From contig CAZEZP010000051.1 of assembly GCA_964516435.1 (NCBI GenBank), forward strand, positions 6,467 through 70,466: DNA of 64,000 nt, given 5' to 3'. Within the stretch, counting starts at the first letter, position 1. Each line of letters starts with the position of its first letter. Position numbers and translations under genes: made by a program. Source of the stretch: an uncultured Kofleriaceae bacterium. Lineage in GTDB: Bacteria > Myxococcota_A > Polyangia > HGW-17. Under the pieces are notes generated by a model. It had not been told where the DNA came from. It did not search any database and worked only from the letters and a program-made list of their open reading frames with translations. This document shows positions 31,528 through 39,675 of the stretch, piece by piece.

Positions 31528-32544
31528 ATGAAACCGGCTTCTTTCTGGAAAAACACCTCCTCGGGACGCTTCCTGTGCGAACTGTGCGCGCGCCACTGCC
31601 GCCTGGCGCCTGGAGAAACGGGATTCTGCGGCCTGCGGGAGGCCCGCGAAGACGGCCTGCATACGGCCGCATACGGCCGGGTGGCGGCGCTGGCCGTGGA
31701 CCCCATCGAAAAGAAACCGCTCTTCCATGCGACGCCCGGAGCGCCCATCCTCTCGTTCGCGGTGGCCGGCTGCAACCTGGCCTGCCCATGGTGCCAGAAC
31801 CACGCCATTTCCCAGTGGCCGCGCCTGCAGGGCGCCAGCCTGCTTCCAGGGCGTCCCTGCATGCCGCAGGAACTGGTGGACATGGCGATCCAGGCCGGGT
31901 GCGCATGGATCGCCGCCACGTACACCGAACCCACCGTCTTTTTCGAATACGCGCTGGATGTGGCCCGCCTGGCGCGACAGGCCGGCCTGCGCAACGCCTG
32001 GGTGACCAACGGAACCATGAGTTCCGAAGCGTTGCGCGAACTGCTTCCTTTCCTGGACGCCGCCAACGTCGACCTCAAGACCTGCCAGGATCCGGCCGGC
32101 GATGCCCTGCTGGGCGTGCCCTCCGCGGTCGTGCGGAAAAACATCGAAACCATGCTGGAAGCGGGCATCCTGGTGGAAATCACGACCCTGCTGGTGCCCG
32201 GCTTCAATGACGCGCCCGGGCAGATCCGCAGCGTCGCGCAATTCGTGTCGGGCCTCGGGGAAAAGGGCATCTGGCACGTTTCGCGCTACCATCCCTGCCA
32301 CGAGTGGACCGCGCCGCCCACGCCGGGAAGCACGCTCCGGCTGGCGCTGGACATCGCCGATGAAATGGGAATTCCCTTCGTCTACACGGGAAACCTGGCA
32401 TCCGGCGCCCGGGAGGACACGCGTTGCCCGGCCTGCCATGAAACCCTGGTGCGCCGCTCGGGCTACCGGGTCCTCGCCAATGCGCTTTCCCCTGCGGGCG
32501 CCTGCCCCTCCTGCGGGCACCGCATCCCGGGGATCTGGGCATAA
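31528..32544 (+). CDS. AmmeMemoRadiSam-system-type radical SAM enzyme (AmrS-like)
   Basis: N-terminal Cys cluster (FLCELCARHC...GFCGLRE), DPIEKKPLFH, CX3CX2C radical SAM site (GCNLACPWCQN), C-terminal CPACHE..CPSCG. Matches the recalled family pattern (TIGR04337-like), based on recall. Confidence 0.7.
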   Translation: MKPASFWKNTSSGRFLCELCARHCRLAPGETGFCGLREAREDGLHTAAYGRVAALAVDPIEKKPLFHATPGAPILSFAVAGCNLACPWCQNHAISQWPRLQGASLLPGRPCMPQELVDMAIQAGCAWIAATYTEPTVFFEYALDVARLARQAGLRNAWVTNGTMSSEALRELLPFLDAANVDLKTCQDPAGDALLGVPSAVVRKNIETMLEAGILVEITTLLVPGFNDAPGQIRSVAQFVSGLGEKGIWHVSRYHPCHEWTAPPTPGSTLRLALDIADEMGIPFVYTGNLASGAREDTRCPACHETLVRRSGYRVLANALSPAGACPSCGHRIPGIWA

Positions 32545-32803
32545 TAAAAATACGGCAAACCGATTTTCCACAACATGGCCTTCATCCCAACGTCCAGGTC
32601 TGGCGGAGTTCCCCTGCAAGACCGGTTGCCCAACGAACTTATCCAGCATGGCGCCGGAGCGCGGGAACCGTTTCAATGCGCCCCGCGCGTTGTTCTCTCC
32701 GCGTGTGCACGGCGCAATGGCATGTCGTCCCCCGTCTCGAATGCCCCGGACCAACTCCCCTCTGGGATGCGATACGGCAGGTCATGGCTTGCAGTCTTCA
32801 AGT

Positions 32804-33424
32804 TTACAGGGAGCAGGTTCCCTCGAACAGCATGTCGCTCAAATCGGTGTATGGAATGCCTAACTGATTGCACAATTCTTCCTGGGTACGAAGGTAGATG
32901 CGGATGTTGACCGGCAGCATTTCGATGGCCTTGCCACAGGCCTCGTGCGCGGATTCGTCCTTGGGGTTCTGCAGGACGCCGGCACATGCGGGAATGGCGG
33001 ACAGCCGCCACACGTCCGAGAATCCAGGATCGACGCCGGAACTGCCGATCTTGTCATTGAGCAACTGCAATGCCCAGATGCCGAGATGCGGCGGGAAATC
33101 CGGGTCACCGCGAAACCGCGGCGTCACGTAAATGCGGCAGTTTTTGCCATGCGCGCGCACGGAGGAGAGCGGACTGCCATACACGGGCACGGGATCCGTC
33201 TCCCACAGCCAGGGATGCGTATAGAAGACCAACTCCTGCTGCCCTGTTTCCGGATACGAGAAGTTGATGGCATAGGGAGGATGGCATTCGTCGTTTTCCA
33301 GAATCTGGATGATGAAAAACTGATCCGCCATTTCCTGTCGGGGGGCCCTGTTCTCTTCGCAGGCCGCCATCATCCCCCAAAACCCCGCCATGACCAGCCA
33401 CGCGTGGATGTTCCCCGATTTCAT
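32804..33424 (-). CDS. Hypothetical lipoprotein, family A (copy A1)
   Basis: Signal and lipobox-like N-terminus (WLVMAGFWGMMAAC). Paralogous to 33929..34528 (FFIIQILENDECHPPYAINFSYPETG vs FVSIQVLDEGQCNPGFIYAILDTSQS). Confidence 0.5.
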   Translation of the reverse strand: MKSGNIHAWLVMAGFWGMMAACEENRAPRQEMADQFFIIQILENDECHPPYAINFSYPETGQQELVFYTHPWLWETDPVPVYGSPLSSVRAHGKNCRIYVTPRFRGDPDFPPHLGIWALQLLNDKIGSSGVDPGFSDVWRLSAIPACAGVLQNPKDESAHEACGKAIEMLPVNIRIYLRTQEELCNQLGIPYTDLSDMLFEGTCSL

Positions 33425-33918
33425 TGCAGCACCATCTTTTCCAGTTCATACGAGGTTTCCGCCCGCGCATCCCGGCGCCAGATGGGCGACTCCCAGGAAT
33501 AGCCGAACGTCACGACAGGAGAAGGAGAGCGAATCTCCAGGTAGGAAACCGGTACTTCTTCGTTTCCCGTCTCCAGGATTTCGTATCGGATTCGCAGTTT
33601 CATGTCCTTGAGGGAAAACTCCCGCGCCTGCATTTCCCGGACGTTGGCGGCGTCCACGGAAAACTCCACGGAATCCTCGCCCGAGAACACCCGCATGGTC
33701 AGAGGAAGAAAGAAGACATTGGCCGTATCCGGACATTTGCGCGGCAAGGGATCCACCGTAGGAAGGTTCATGCGCACCGTGCCGCCATAATGGGCGCGGT
33801 GCAAGACGAGCCGGCCAATGTATTCCTTCCTCTGTGCGTCTTGCCCGTTTTCGCACCCGAAAGCGCAATGCAGCCAACCGAATAGTATGAGGACCAATCC
33901 CAGATTTCGATACGACAT
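33421..33918 (-). CDS. Hypothetical lipoprotein, family B (copy B1)
   Basis: Start chosen at MSYRNLGLVLILFGWLHCAFGC. Clearly paralogous to 34541..35035 (LAREYELAGLKIRMKYEY...YLEILSREPV vs MQAREFSLKDMKLRIRYEIL...YLEIRSPSPV). Overlaps A1 by 4 nt. Confidence 0.5.
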   Translation of the reverse strand: MSYRNLGLVLILFGWLHCAFGCENGQDAQRKEYIGRLVLHRAHYGGTVRMNLPTVDPLPRKCPDTANVFFLPLTMRVFSGEDSVEFSVDAANVREMQAREFSLKDMKLRIRYEILETGNEEVPVSYLEIRSPSPVVTFGYSWESPIWRRDARAETSYELEKMVLQ

Positions 33919-33928
33919 GACAGTTGTT

Positions 33929-34528
33929 TTACTCCGTGTACATGCATGTGGGGTAGGGTTCTTGCATTTCTTGTTTTCTTTCCACAATGTAATATCCCCA
34001 ATCGAAAAACTCCGTCGGCTCCTGCAATGCGACCACGGCCGATGGGACCATGGCTCGCATCGCCATCGAGCAGCGTTTGAGCGCCTCGGTGTCGTCCTCG
34101 TCGATTTTCCTGCTGCATTCCGGGATTTCCTGCATGGAATGGATTTTCATGTTGGTGGAATCGAGCACCACGTGCGCTTCCTTGCCGTTGAGCAGATGCA
34201 AGGCGTGGAAATGAAGTTTCAAATCGGCAACCTTGTCAAACGAATGAATGATGATGCAACCCTTTCCATGCCATCCCCAAAGCGTAAAATAATCGGTAGT
34301 TAGTGGGCTTCCCGTACAATCGACCGGATGCGCATGTAAACTGGGAATCATGAATCCCATACTTTGGCTCGTATCAAGGATGGCATAGATGAACCCGGGG
34401 TTGCATTGGCCTTCATCGAGCACCTGGATGGAAACGAAACTCTTGGGCATTTCCGCCGGCACCCCATTGCTGCAGGCCACCGGCAGGCTCACGACCAGCC
34501 ACAGCCATAACCAGGACTTCCTGCGCAT
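33929..34528 (-). CDS. Hypothetical lipoprotein, family A (copy A2), lower-GC copy
   Basis: MRRKSWLWLWLVVSLPVACS lipobox. Paralogue of A1. Codon usage visibly more AT-rich than the surrounding genome. Confidence 0.5.
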   Translation of the reverse strand: MRRKSWLWLWLVVSLPVACSNGVPAEMPKSFVSIQVLDEGQCNPGFIYAILDTSQSMGFMIPSLHAHPVDCTGSPLTTDYFTLWGWHGKGCIIIHSFDKVADLKLHFHALHLLNGKEAHVVLDSTNMKIHSMQEIPECSRKIDEDDTEALKRCSMAMRAMVPSAVVALQEPTEFFDWGYYIVERKQEMQEPYPTCMYTE

Positions 34529-34540
34529 GATGACCGCCTC

Positions 34541-35035
34541 CTATTCCCGCTTCCACAACGGGTATTGTTTTTCCGTGGATTCGTGCGAGCCGAAAATGGG
34601 CGAGGTCCAACTGAACCCCAACCGGGCCACGGGCTCCCGGGAGAGGATTTCCAGATACGAAGTCATGTAATGATATTTTCTCCCCTTGTATTCATATTTC
34701 ATTCGGATCTTGAGTCCGGCCAACTCGTATTCCCGCGCCAGCACATCCTCCACATTCTGTGCATTGATTGAAATATTCAAAGCCTGACCCTTCGATGTCA
34801 CATGCAACTCCAACGGAAACAGGTAGATTTCCCACATTTCCACGAGACAGGCGACAGGATGCTTGGCCGGGATGTAAAATTGAGTCTGTAAACTAAAATC
34901 ACCCCACTGGGGTGGAGGAGGATGCAGGGACACATAGCCGTAATAGGGGTATTCCGGCGTGGAATTCCCGCAGGAAACCGTTCCCCACAGTACGAATGAC
35001 AGCAGAACCGCCCGCAAGCCTTGCTTTCTATGCAT
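34541..35035 (-). CDS. Hypothetical lipoprotein, family B (copy B2), lower-GC copy
   Basis: MHRKQGLRAVLLSFVLWGTVSC lipobox. Paralogue of B1. About 50% GC by eye against about 66% for the genome. Confidence 0.5.
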   Translation of the reverse strand: MHRKQGLRAVLLSFVLWGTVSCGNSTPEYPYYGYVSLHPPPPQWGDFSLQTQFYIPAKHPVACLVEMWEIYLFPLELHVTSKGQALNISINAQNVEDVLAREYELAGLKIRMKYEYKGRKYHYMTSYLEILSREPVARLGFSWTSPIFGSHESTEKQYPLWKRE

Positions 35036-35220
35036 GCCGCTTTCTCCTTCGCATCAGCATCCAGGATATGCCCAGCCCCACCAGCCATTCGCCCAGACCT
35101 GAATTTCGCCCTTCCACCTGTTGGCAGAACAACCCAAGGTCAGCGCCGTGCGGCCGGCCGACCAGGTGATCTCTCCAGACAGGGGCACGACGGTCCCCAG
35201 TTGGGGCGAACTGAAGATGT

Positions 35221-35520
35221 TCAGGCAGCGATTGCAGGAATCCGGATCCATCGGCATGTCGAAAACGAGGACGATATCGGGAACCTGCCCCGGTGATAAC
35301 TGCCGCTGGCAGGTGAATACTCTGCAATGTGGGCATATGTTTCCCCTACATCTTGAAAATCGGGATATTCGACATCCTTCCACCCATCTTCGTCCCACGC
35401 GTCCCCGTCTGCATCGGGAACGTCCACAGCAGCATCCGGCGCGGGCTGGGGCGAGGAATTCCGGGGACATCCGCCCAGCAAAACGAACATCAGAAACAGA
35501 CGCAATCGCCAGCGTTTCAT
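35221..35520 (-). CDS. Hypothetical small acidic lipoprotein
   Basis: MKRWRLRLFLMFVLLGGC lipobox followed by a D/E-rich segment. First gene of the lipoprotein string. The gene model is uncertain because several overlapping frames are open here. Confidence 0.3.
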   Translation of the reverse strand: MKRWRLRLFLMFVLLGGCPRNSSPQPAPDAAVDVPDADGDAWDEDGWKDVEYPDFQDVGETYAHIAEYSPASGSYHRGRFPISSSFSTCRWIRIPAIAA

Positions 35521-36126
35521 GAAAGGCTCCTGACGAGACAAACGACACTTCTCTTTTTCCATCACCCATGAAAAAAGGCAAGCATTTTTTATTGGAGGTC
35601 CACATCCAGTTTCCTTCGATGCGCTGAAAGCCGTCGATGACAGAACGCAAAAACGTCGAAAATCATGTTGGCGTGGCCCTGCACGCAAAGGAAGCGGAGG
35701 CAAATGGGCAGACGGGTTATCGGGGCGCGTCGCGCGCGCAGACTCGAGTGTCGAAAACGACCCCGGTGCTGATGCGGATTTGCCGGGACGCGTGCTGCGT
35801 GCAGAACGGCTCCGCATCCGTGCGATGGGCAGGAAGAAAATTTCCGTTGAACTGCCGTGATGCAGCGGGTGGGTGAACAATGCCTTGAGAAATTGCGCTG
35901 GATTTCAACCCGTTCGGGGGAGCGCGGGCGACGTTGCCGCGACCTTGACGGACCTTGCGCGTTTTTTCCGCATCCCTTCATTCCTGAACGCACGGAACGA
36001 AACGTCTGCCATGTTCGCATAACCTGCGAGAACCCTTGCGAAAATCGGAAAATGCCTTGCCTGCCACCCCGTTTTCGCTGATTTTTTCGCTTTCGCCGAT
36101 TCCAGAACCGACGGCAGTGCGCCGCC

Positions 36127-37644
36127 TCACATCCGCGCACGCACCCAGGAAAGCGCGATGCGCATGCCGTCCATCGCGGACGTGGAAATCCCTGAAGCCC
36201 ACCCGCCCCCTTCTCCAATCGGGTAGACGCCCGGGACGGCACATCCGCGCTCATCCCGCAGAACGCGCCAGGGCGGTGCCACCCGGCTCTCGGGCGCCAG
36301 CAGCAGGCCGTCGCGCACGCCACGCAGATGGCGGGGCAACTGGGGGAGCCCATCGGTAAGCGCGCGGACGAGCGGTTCGGGCAAAAGGGCGCGCAAATCC
36401 GCGGGCGTGGCGCCGAACGCATAGGACGAAGGCAGGATTTCGGGAGAAGTGCGCCGCAGGAACGAGTAAATGGTCTGCGCGGGCGCGGCCCACGAGGAAC
36501 CGCCCAGCACGAAGGCGCCGCGCTCGAGTTCTTCCCGCCGCTCGACGGCCTTTCGCCAGGAAGGGGCTGGCGGCAGGGTCACGATGAGCGCCGCGTTGGA
36601 AAATGCGCCGTCCCGGGCGCGCAGGCTCATGCCATTGACCACCAGTTGGCCCGGCGCGGGAGCCGCGCACACCACTCGCCCGCCGGGGCACATGCAGAAG
36701 GTGCGGGCGGCGCCCGGATGCAGCACGAACTGGTATTCCGCCGGCGGCAGGCCGCAAAGCCCCGCATGGCGCCCGTACACAGCGCGCGCGATGGCGTCGG
36801 CCCGCTGCTCCATGCGCACGCCCACCTGCCAGGGGCGGGATTCGATGACGGCTCCGACTTCCTCCAGCGGCGCCAGCAGACTTTCGCCCGACGTCCCCAG
36901 CGCCACGAAGGCGTCCGTGCAGGCCACGTCGCCCGCCTCCGTGCGCACGGCGCGCAGGCCGCGCGCATCCGCGACGAATCCGGTGACCCTCGTGTTCCAG
37001 AGGAACCGCACCCCCAAATCCATCAGTTCCCGGCGCAACTCGGGGAGGAGGCGCACCAGGATGTCGCTTCCCACGTGGGGCCGGGCGCGGCGGCGGATGT
37101 CGGCGGGCGCTCCGTGCGCCACGAGCCAGGAGAAAAAGGCGTCCAGCAGAGGGTCGTTGCGGCGCGTGGTGAGTTTGCCGTCCGAAAAGGTCCCGGCGCC
37201 CCCCTCGCCATGCACCAGGCTTCCCGCCGGCCGGAACCGCCCGTCTTCCAGAAAACCGCGCAAGGCCGGCTCGCGCTCCTCCACCGGTGCGCCGCATTCC
37301 ACCAGGATGGGAGGCACGCCGGCGCGGGCGAGCACCCAGGCCGCGCACAGGCCGGCCGGCCCGGCGCCGATGACCAGGGGCCGCGCATCCTGGCGCACGA
37401 AGGCCGGCAGCACGGGAATTTCCAGCGGATCAGGTTCCGGGCAGGGCTCCCACCCCGGACGCGCCTTCGCGGCACGCACCACCACGCGCAGACGCCACAG
37501 GGGGCGGTGGCGGGCATCCAGGCTCTCGCGCACCACTTCGAAGGCATCTGGCGGTCCCCCGGCGGCCTGCACTGCCGCCTGCAAATCATGCTGCGTATAT
37601 CCGGGAGGAAGTTCGATTTCCGGAAGCAGATAGCGCGAATTCAT
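36127..37644 (-). CDS. FAD-dependent dehydrogenase, COG2509 family
   Basis: Rossmann GXGXXG (PLVIGAGPAGLCAAWVLARAG) and the COG2509-type GEGGAGTFSDGKL motif. Start at MNSRYLLPEIEL (ATG 37644) overlaps the stop of the upstream CDP-alcohol phosphatidyltransferase gene. Confidence 0.8.
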   Translation of the reverse strand: MNSRYLLPEIELPPGYTQHDLQAAVQAAGGPPDAFEVVRESLDARHRPLWRLRVVVRAAKARPGWEPCPEPDPLEIPVLPAFVRQDARPLVIGAGPAGLCAAWVLARAGVPPILVECGAPVEEREPALRGFLEDGRFRPAGSLVHGEGGAGTFSDGKLTTRRNDPLLDAFFSWLVAHGAPADIRRRARPHVGSDILVRLLPELRRELMDLGVRFLWNTRVTGFVADARGLRAVRTEAGDVACTDAFVALGTSGESLLAPLEEVGAVIESRPWQVGVRMEQRADAIARAVYGRHAGLCGLPPAEYQFVLHPGAARTFCMCPGGRVVCAAPAPGQLVVNGMSLRARDGAFSNAALIVTLPPAPSWRKAVERREELERGAFVLGGSSWAAPAQTIYSFLRRTSPEILPSSYAFGATPADLRALLPEPLVRALTDGLPQLPRHLRGVRDGLLLAPESRVAPPWRVLRDERGCAVPGVYPIGEGGGWASGISTSAMDGMRIALSWVRARM

Positions 37645-38396
37645 GGACGGGACGCTTCCGCCCGGCACACCTGGAAGAGACGGGCCACAAGGGAAGCCGC
37701 GCCTGCCGCCACCTGGGAAACCGCCAGAATCCATGCCAGGGCCGTCCACTGTCCCATCGCCCCCAGCGCGCACACCCACAGCGTCAGGTCGCATTCGTGA
37801 AAGGGCCACAGCAGCGCCACCGCCATGCCGCGCACCCAGGGAATCCGGGGCCGGACTTCCGGCGAAACCGCGGCTGGCGGCGATGCGGCCGGCAGGGATG
37901 CCGCCGCCAGCCATTTGGTGTAGCCCTGGACCATCAGGCCGAAAGCCGCGATGGGACCCGCCATGGCCGCGGCCAGGCTGCCGGATTCCCGGAACGCCAG
38001 CACACCGATGATGGGAAACAGCAGCCCGAAGCGCACCACGTCCACGCTCTTGTCCCAGAAGGAGCCCGCGCGGCTGGTGCGCTCCTGGTAGCGGGCCAGT
38101 TGGCCGTCGGCGTCATCGAAGAGCATGGCGAGAAACAGGAGGGACAACGCCCACGGATACAGCGAAGGCAGCAGCAGCAGCAAAGCCCCCGCCACACCCG
38201 CCGCCAGCGACAGGGCCGTGACGAGATTGGGAGAAACCTGGGCGCGCACGGGATGAAACAGCAGCGCCGCCAGCGGACGGGAAACGAACGTCGACGTCAG
38301 TTCCCAGTCGGCGGGGTTTTCGGGAAAACGCGGCCACCACCGGCGCTGCACGCCCATCATCGCGCGTTCCCCTCCCTGCGCCGGACGTCGTCCCAT
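37641..38396 (-). CDS. CDP-alcohol phosphatidyltransferase family protein
   Basis: Signature D(x)2DG(x)2AR...G(x)3D(x)3D present as FDDADGQLARYQERTSRAGSFWDKSVD. Multiple TM helices. Start uncertain (candidates 38396, 38360 and 38507). 38396 avoids overlap with the FmdB gene. Confidence 0.7.
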   Translation of the reverse strand: MGRRPAQGGERAMMGVQRRWWPRFPENPADWELTSTFVSRPLAALLFHPVRAQVSPNLVTALSLAAGVAGALLLLLPSLYPWALSLLFLAMLFDDADGQLARYQERTSRAGSFWDKSVDVVRFGLLFPIIGVLAFRESGSLAAAMAGPIAAFGLMVQGYTKWLAAASLPAASPPAAVSPEVRPRIPWVRGMAVALLWPFHECDLTLWVCALGAMGQWTALAWILAVSQVAAGAASLVARLFQVCRAEASRP

Positions 38397-38433
38397 GACG
38401 GCGGCATGCTCATGCCGGAATCCATGCGCGGCT

Positions 38434-38667
38434 TCACGAGGCACAGCCGTCGCAAGAGCCGCCGGAGGAAGCCTTGCAGCCTCCCGATTTCTTGAAATCG
38501 GTCTCATACCAACCCGTCCCCGTCAGCCGGAACGAGGAGACCGAAACCTTCTTGTGAAAATCCATTGAATTGCATTTGGGGCAATTTGAAAGAGGAATTG
38601 CGTCAATATCTTGCAACATCTCTACATCACGATTGCAACCATTGCAATGATATTCATAGATAGGCAT
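38434..38667 (-). CDS. FmdB-family zinc-ribbon protein
   Basis: MPIYEYHCNGCNRDVEMLQDIDAIPLSNCPKCNS...: the CxxC...CxxC zinc ribbon is typical of the FmdB putative regulatory family. 77 aa. The 5' half of the gene is strikingly AT-rich. Confidence 0.6.
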   Translation of the reverse strand: MPIYEYHCNGCNRDVEMLQDIDAIPLSNCPKCNSMDFHKKVSVSSFRLTGTGWYETDFKKSGGCKASSGGSCDGCAS

Positions 38668-38827
38668 GTTCAACCTCCGCGAATGCAATCCCAAAGGCAG
38701 CTGTAAGGTAGTACCAACGGAGAAACTGTCAAGCTGTTCCTGTCGTCCGTTGCATGAGGAAAAAGGAGCGCGGGCCACGGCCGGTGTTCTCCGCATGCGG
38801 AAAAACGCCCGGGAAAGACAGGATGCG

Positions 38828-39658
38828 TTACAGCCACAGGGTCTTGCCTTCGCAGGCGACGTCCACCTCGAAGGGAAGTCCGGAGAATGCATCCGGCATG
38901 GCGAGGATTTCATCGTCGGTGGAGTCGAAATGGAAATGCGTGAGCACGAGTTTCTTCACACCGGCCTTGTGCGCGGCCGCCACGGCGTCCCGCCCGTCGA
39001 ACGCCTGCCGGTCCATCTGGCGCGCCCGGTCGGCCACGAACGAACGCGTATCGTGCACCAGCACATCGGCCCCGGCGAAGAACTCCGCCACGGCATCGGG
39101 CACCCCGCTCTCGTCGTAATGCACGTCCGGAGCCAGCACGATGCTTTTGTCCTTTTCGGTGATGCGAACCCCCATCGCCTGATCGGTCACATGCGGCATC
39201 CGGGCCAACTCCACGCGCAAGGCCCCGCACTGCAGGACGGACGGGATGGACACTTCCGGAAACTCCAGGATGGAATTGAGGTTCTTCAGACTCTGGATCG
39301 GAGAGAAAATGGGGTTCATCTGGCTTTCGAGCACCTGCGAGAGGCTGCGCTTGCAGGTGACGCTGCCATACAGGCGAATCACGTTCCCGGGAATGAACGC
39401 CGGGATGAAGAAGGGAAACCCCTGGATATGGTCATAATGGGGATGCGTGATGAACAGGTCGAGTTTCCCGGCGCCCCGGCCGAAATCGCCGGCCAGCAGG
39501 GTGCGCCCCCAGGTCGTGATGCCGGTGCCCGCATCCACCGCCAGAAAATCTCCCGCGTCCCCGGTGACGGTCACGCACAGCGTGTTGCCACCCGTGGCCG
39601 TGGTTTGCTGCCCCGGTGCAGGAACGAGTGCCCGAACGCCCCAGAAGGTGATCTGCAT
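38828..39658 (-). CDS. MBL-fold metallo-hydrolase (copy 1)
   Basis: FWGVRALVPAPG...GGNTLCV...DAGTGI...ITHPHYDHIQGFPFF. HxHxDH metallo-beta-lactamase motif with downstream His/Asp ligands. PhnP/ElaC-like phosphodiesterase fold. Confidence 0.8.
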   Translation of the reverse strand: MQITFWGVRALVPAPGQQTTATGGNTLCVTVTGDAGDFLAVDAGTGITTWGRTLLAGDFGRGAGKLDLFITHPHYDHIQGFPFFIPAFIPGNVIRLYGSVTCKRSLSQVLESQMNPIFSPIQSLKNLNSILEFPEVSIPSVLQCGALRVELARMPHVTDQAMGVRITEKDKSIVLAPDVHYDESGVPDAVAEFFAGADVLVHDTRSFVADRARQMDRQAFDGRDAVAAAHKAGVKKLVLTHFHFDSTDDEILAMPDAFSGLPFEVDVACEGKTLWL

Positions 39659-39675
39659 GAAATCCTCGCCTTACC

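Noticed and set aside
35054-36422. ORFs 35054..35650(-), 35589..36422(-), 35637..35876(+) in the 600-bp gap and lipoprotein leader region
   Set aside because: Cys/Arg-rich nonsense composition, overlapping each other. Only the short lipobox-bearing frame 35221..35520 retained at low confidence.
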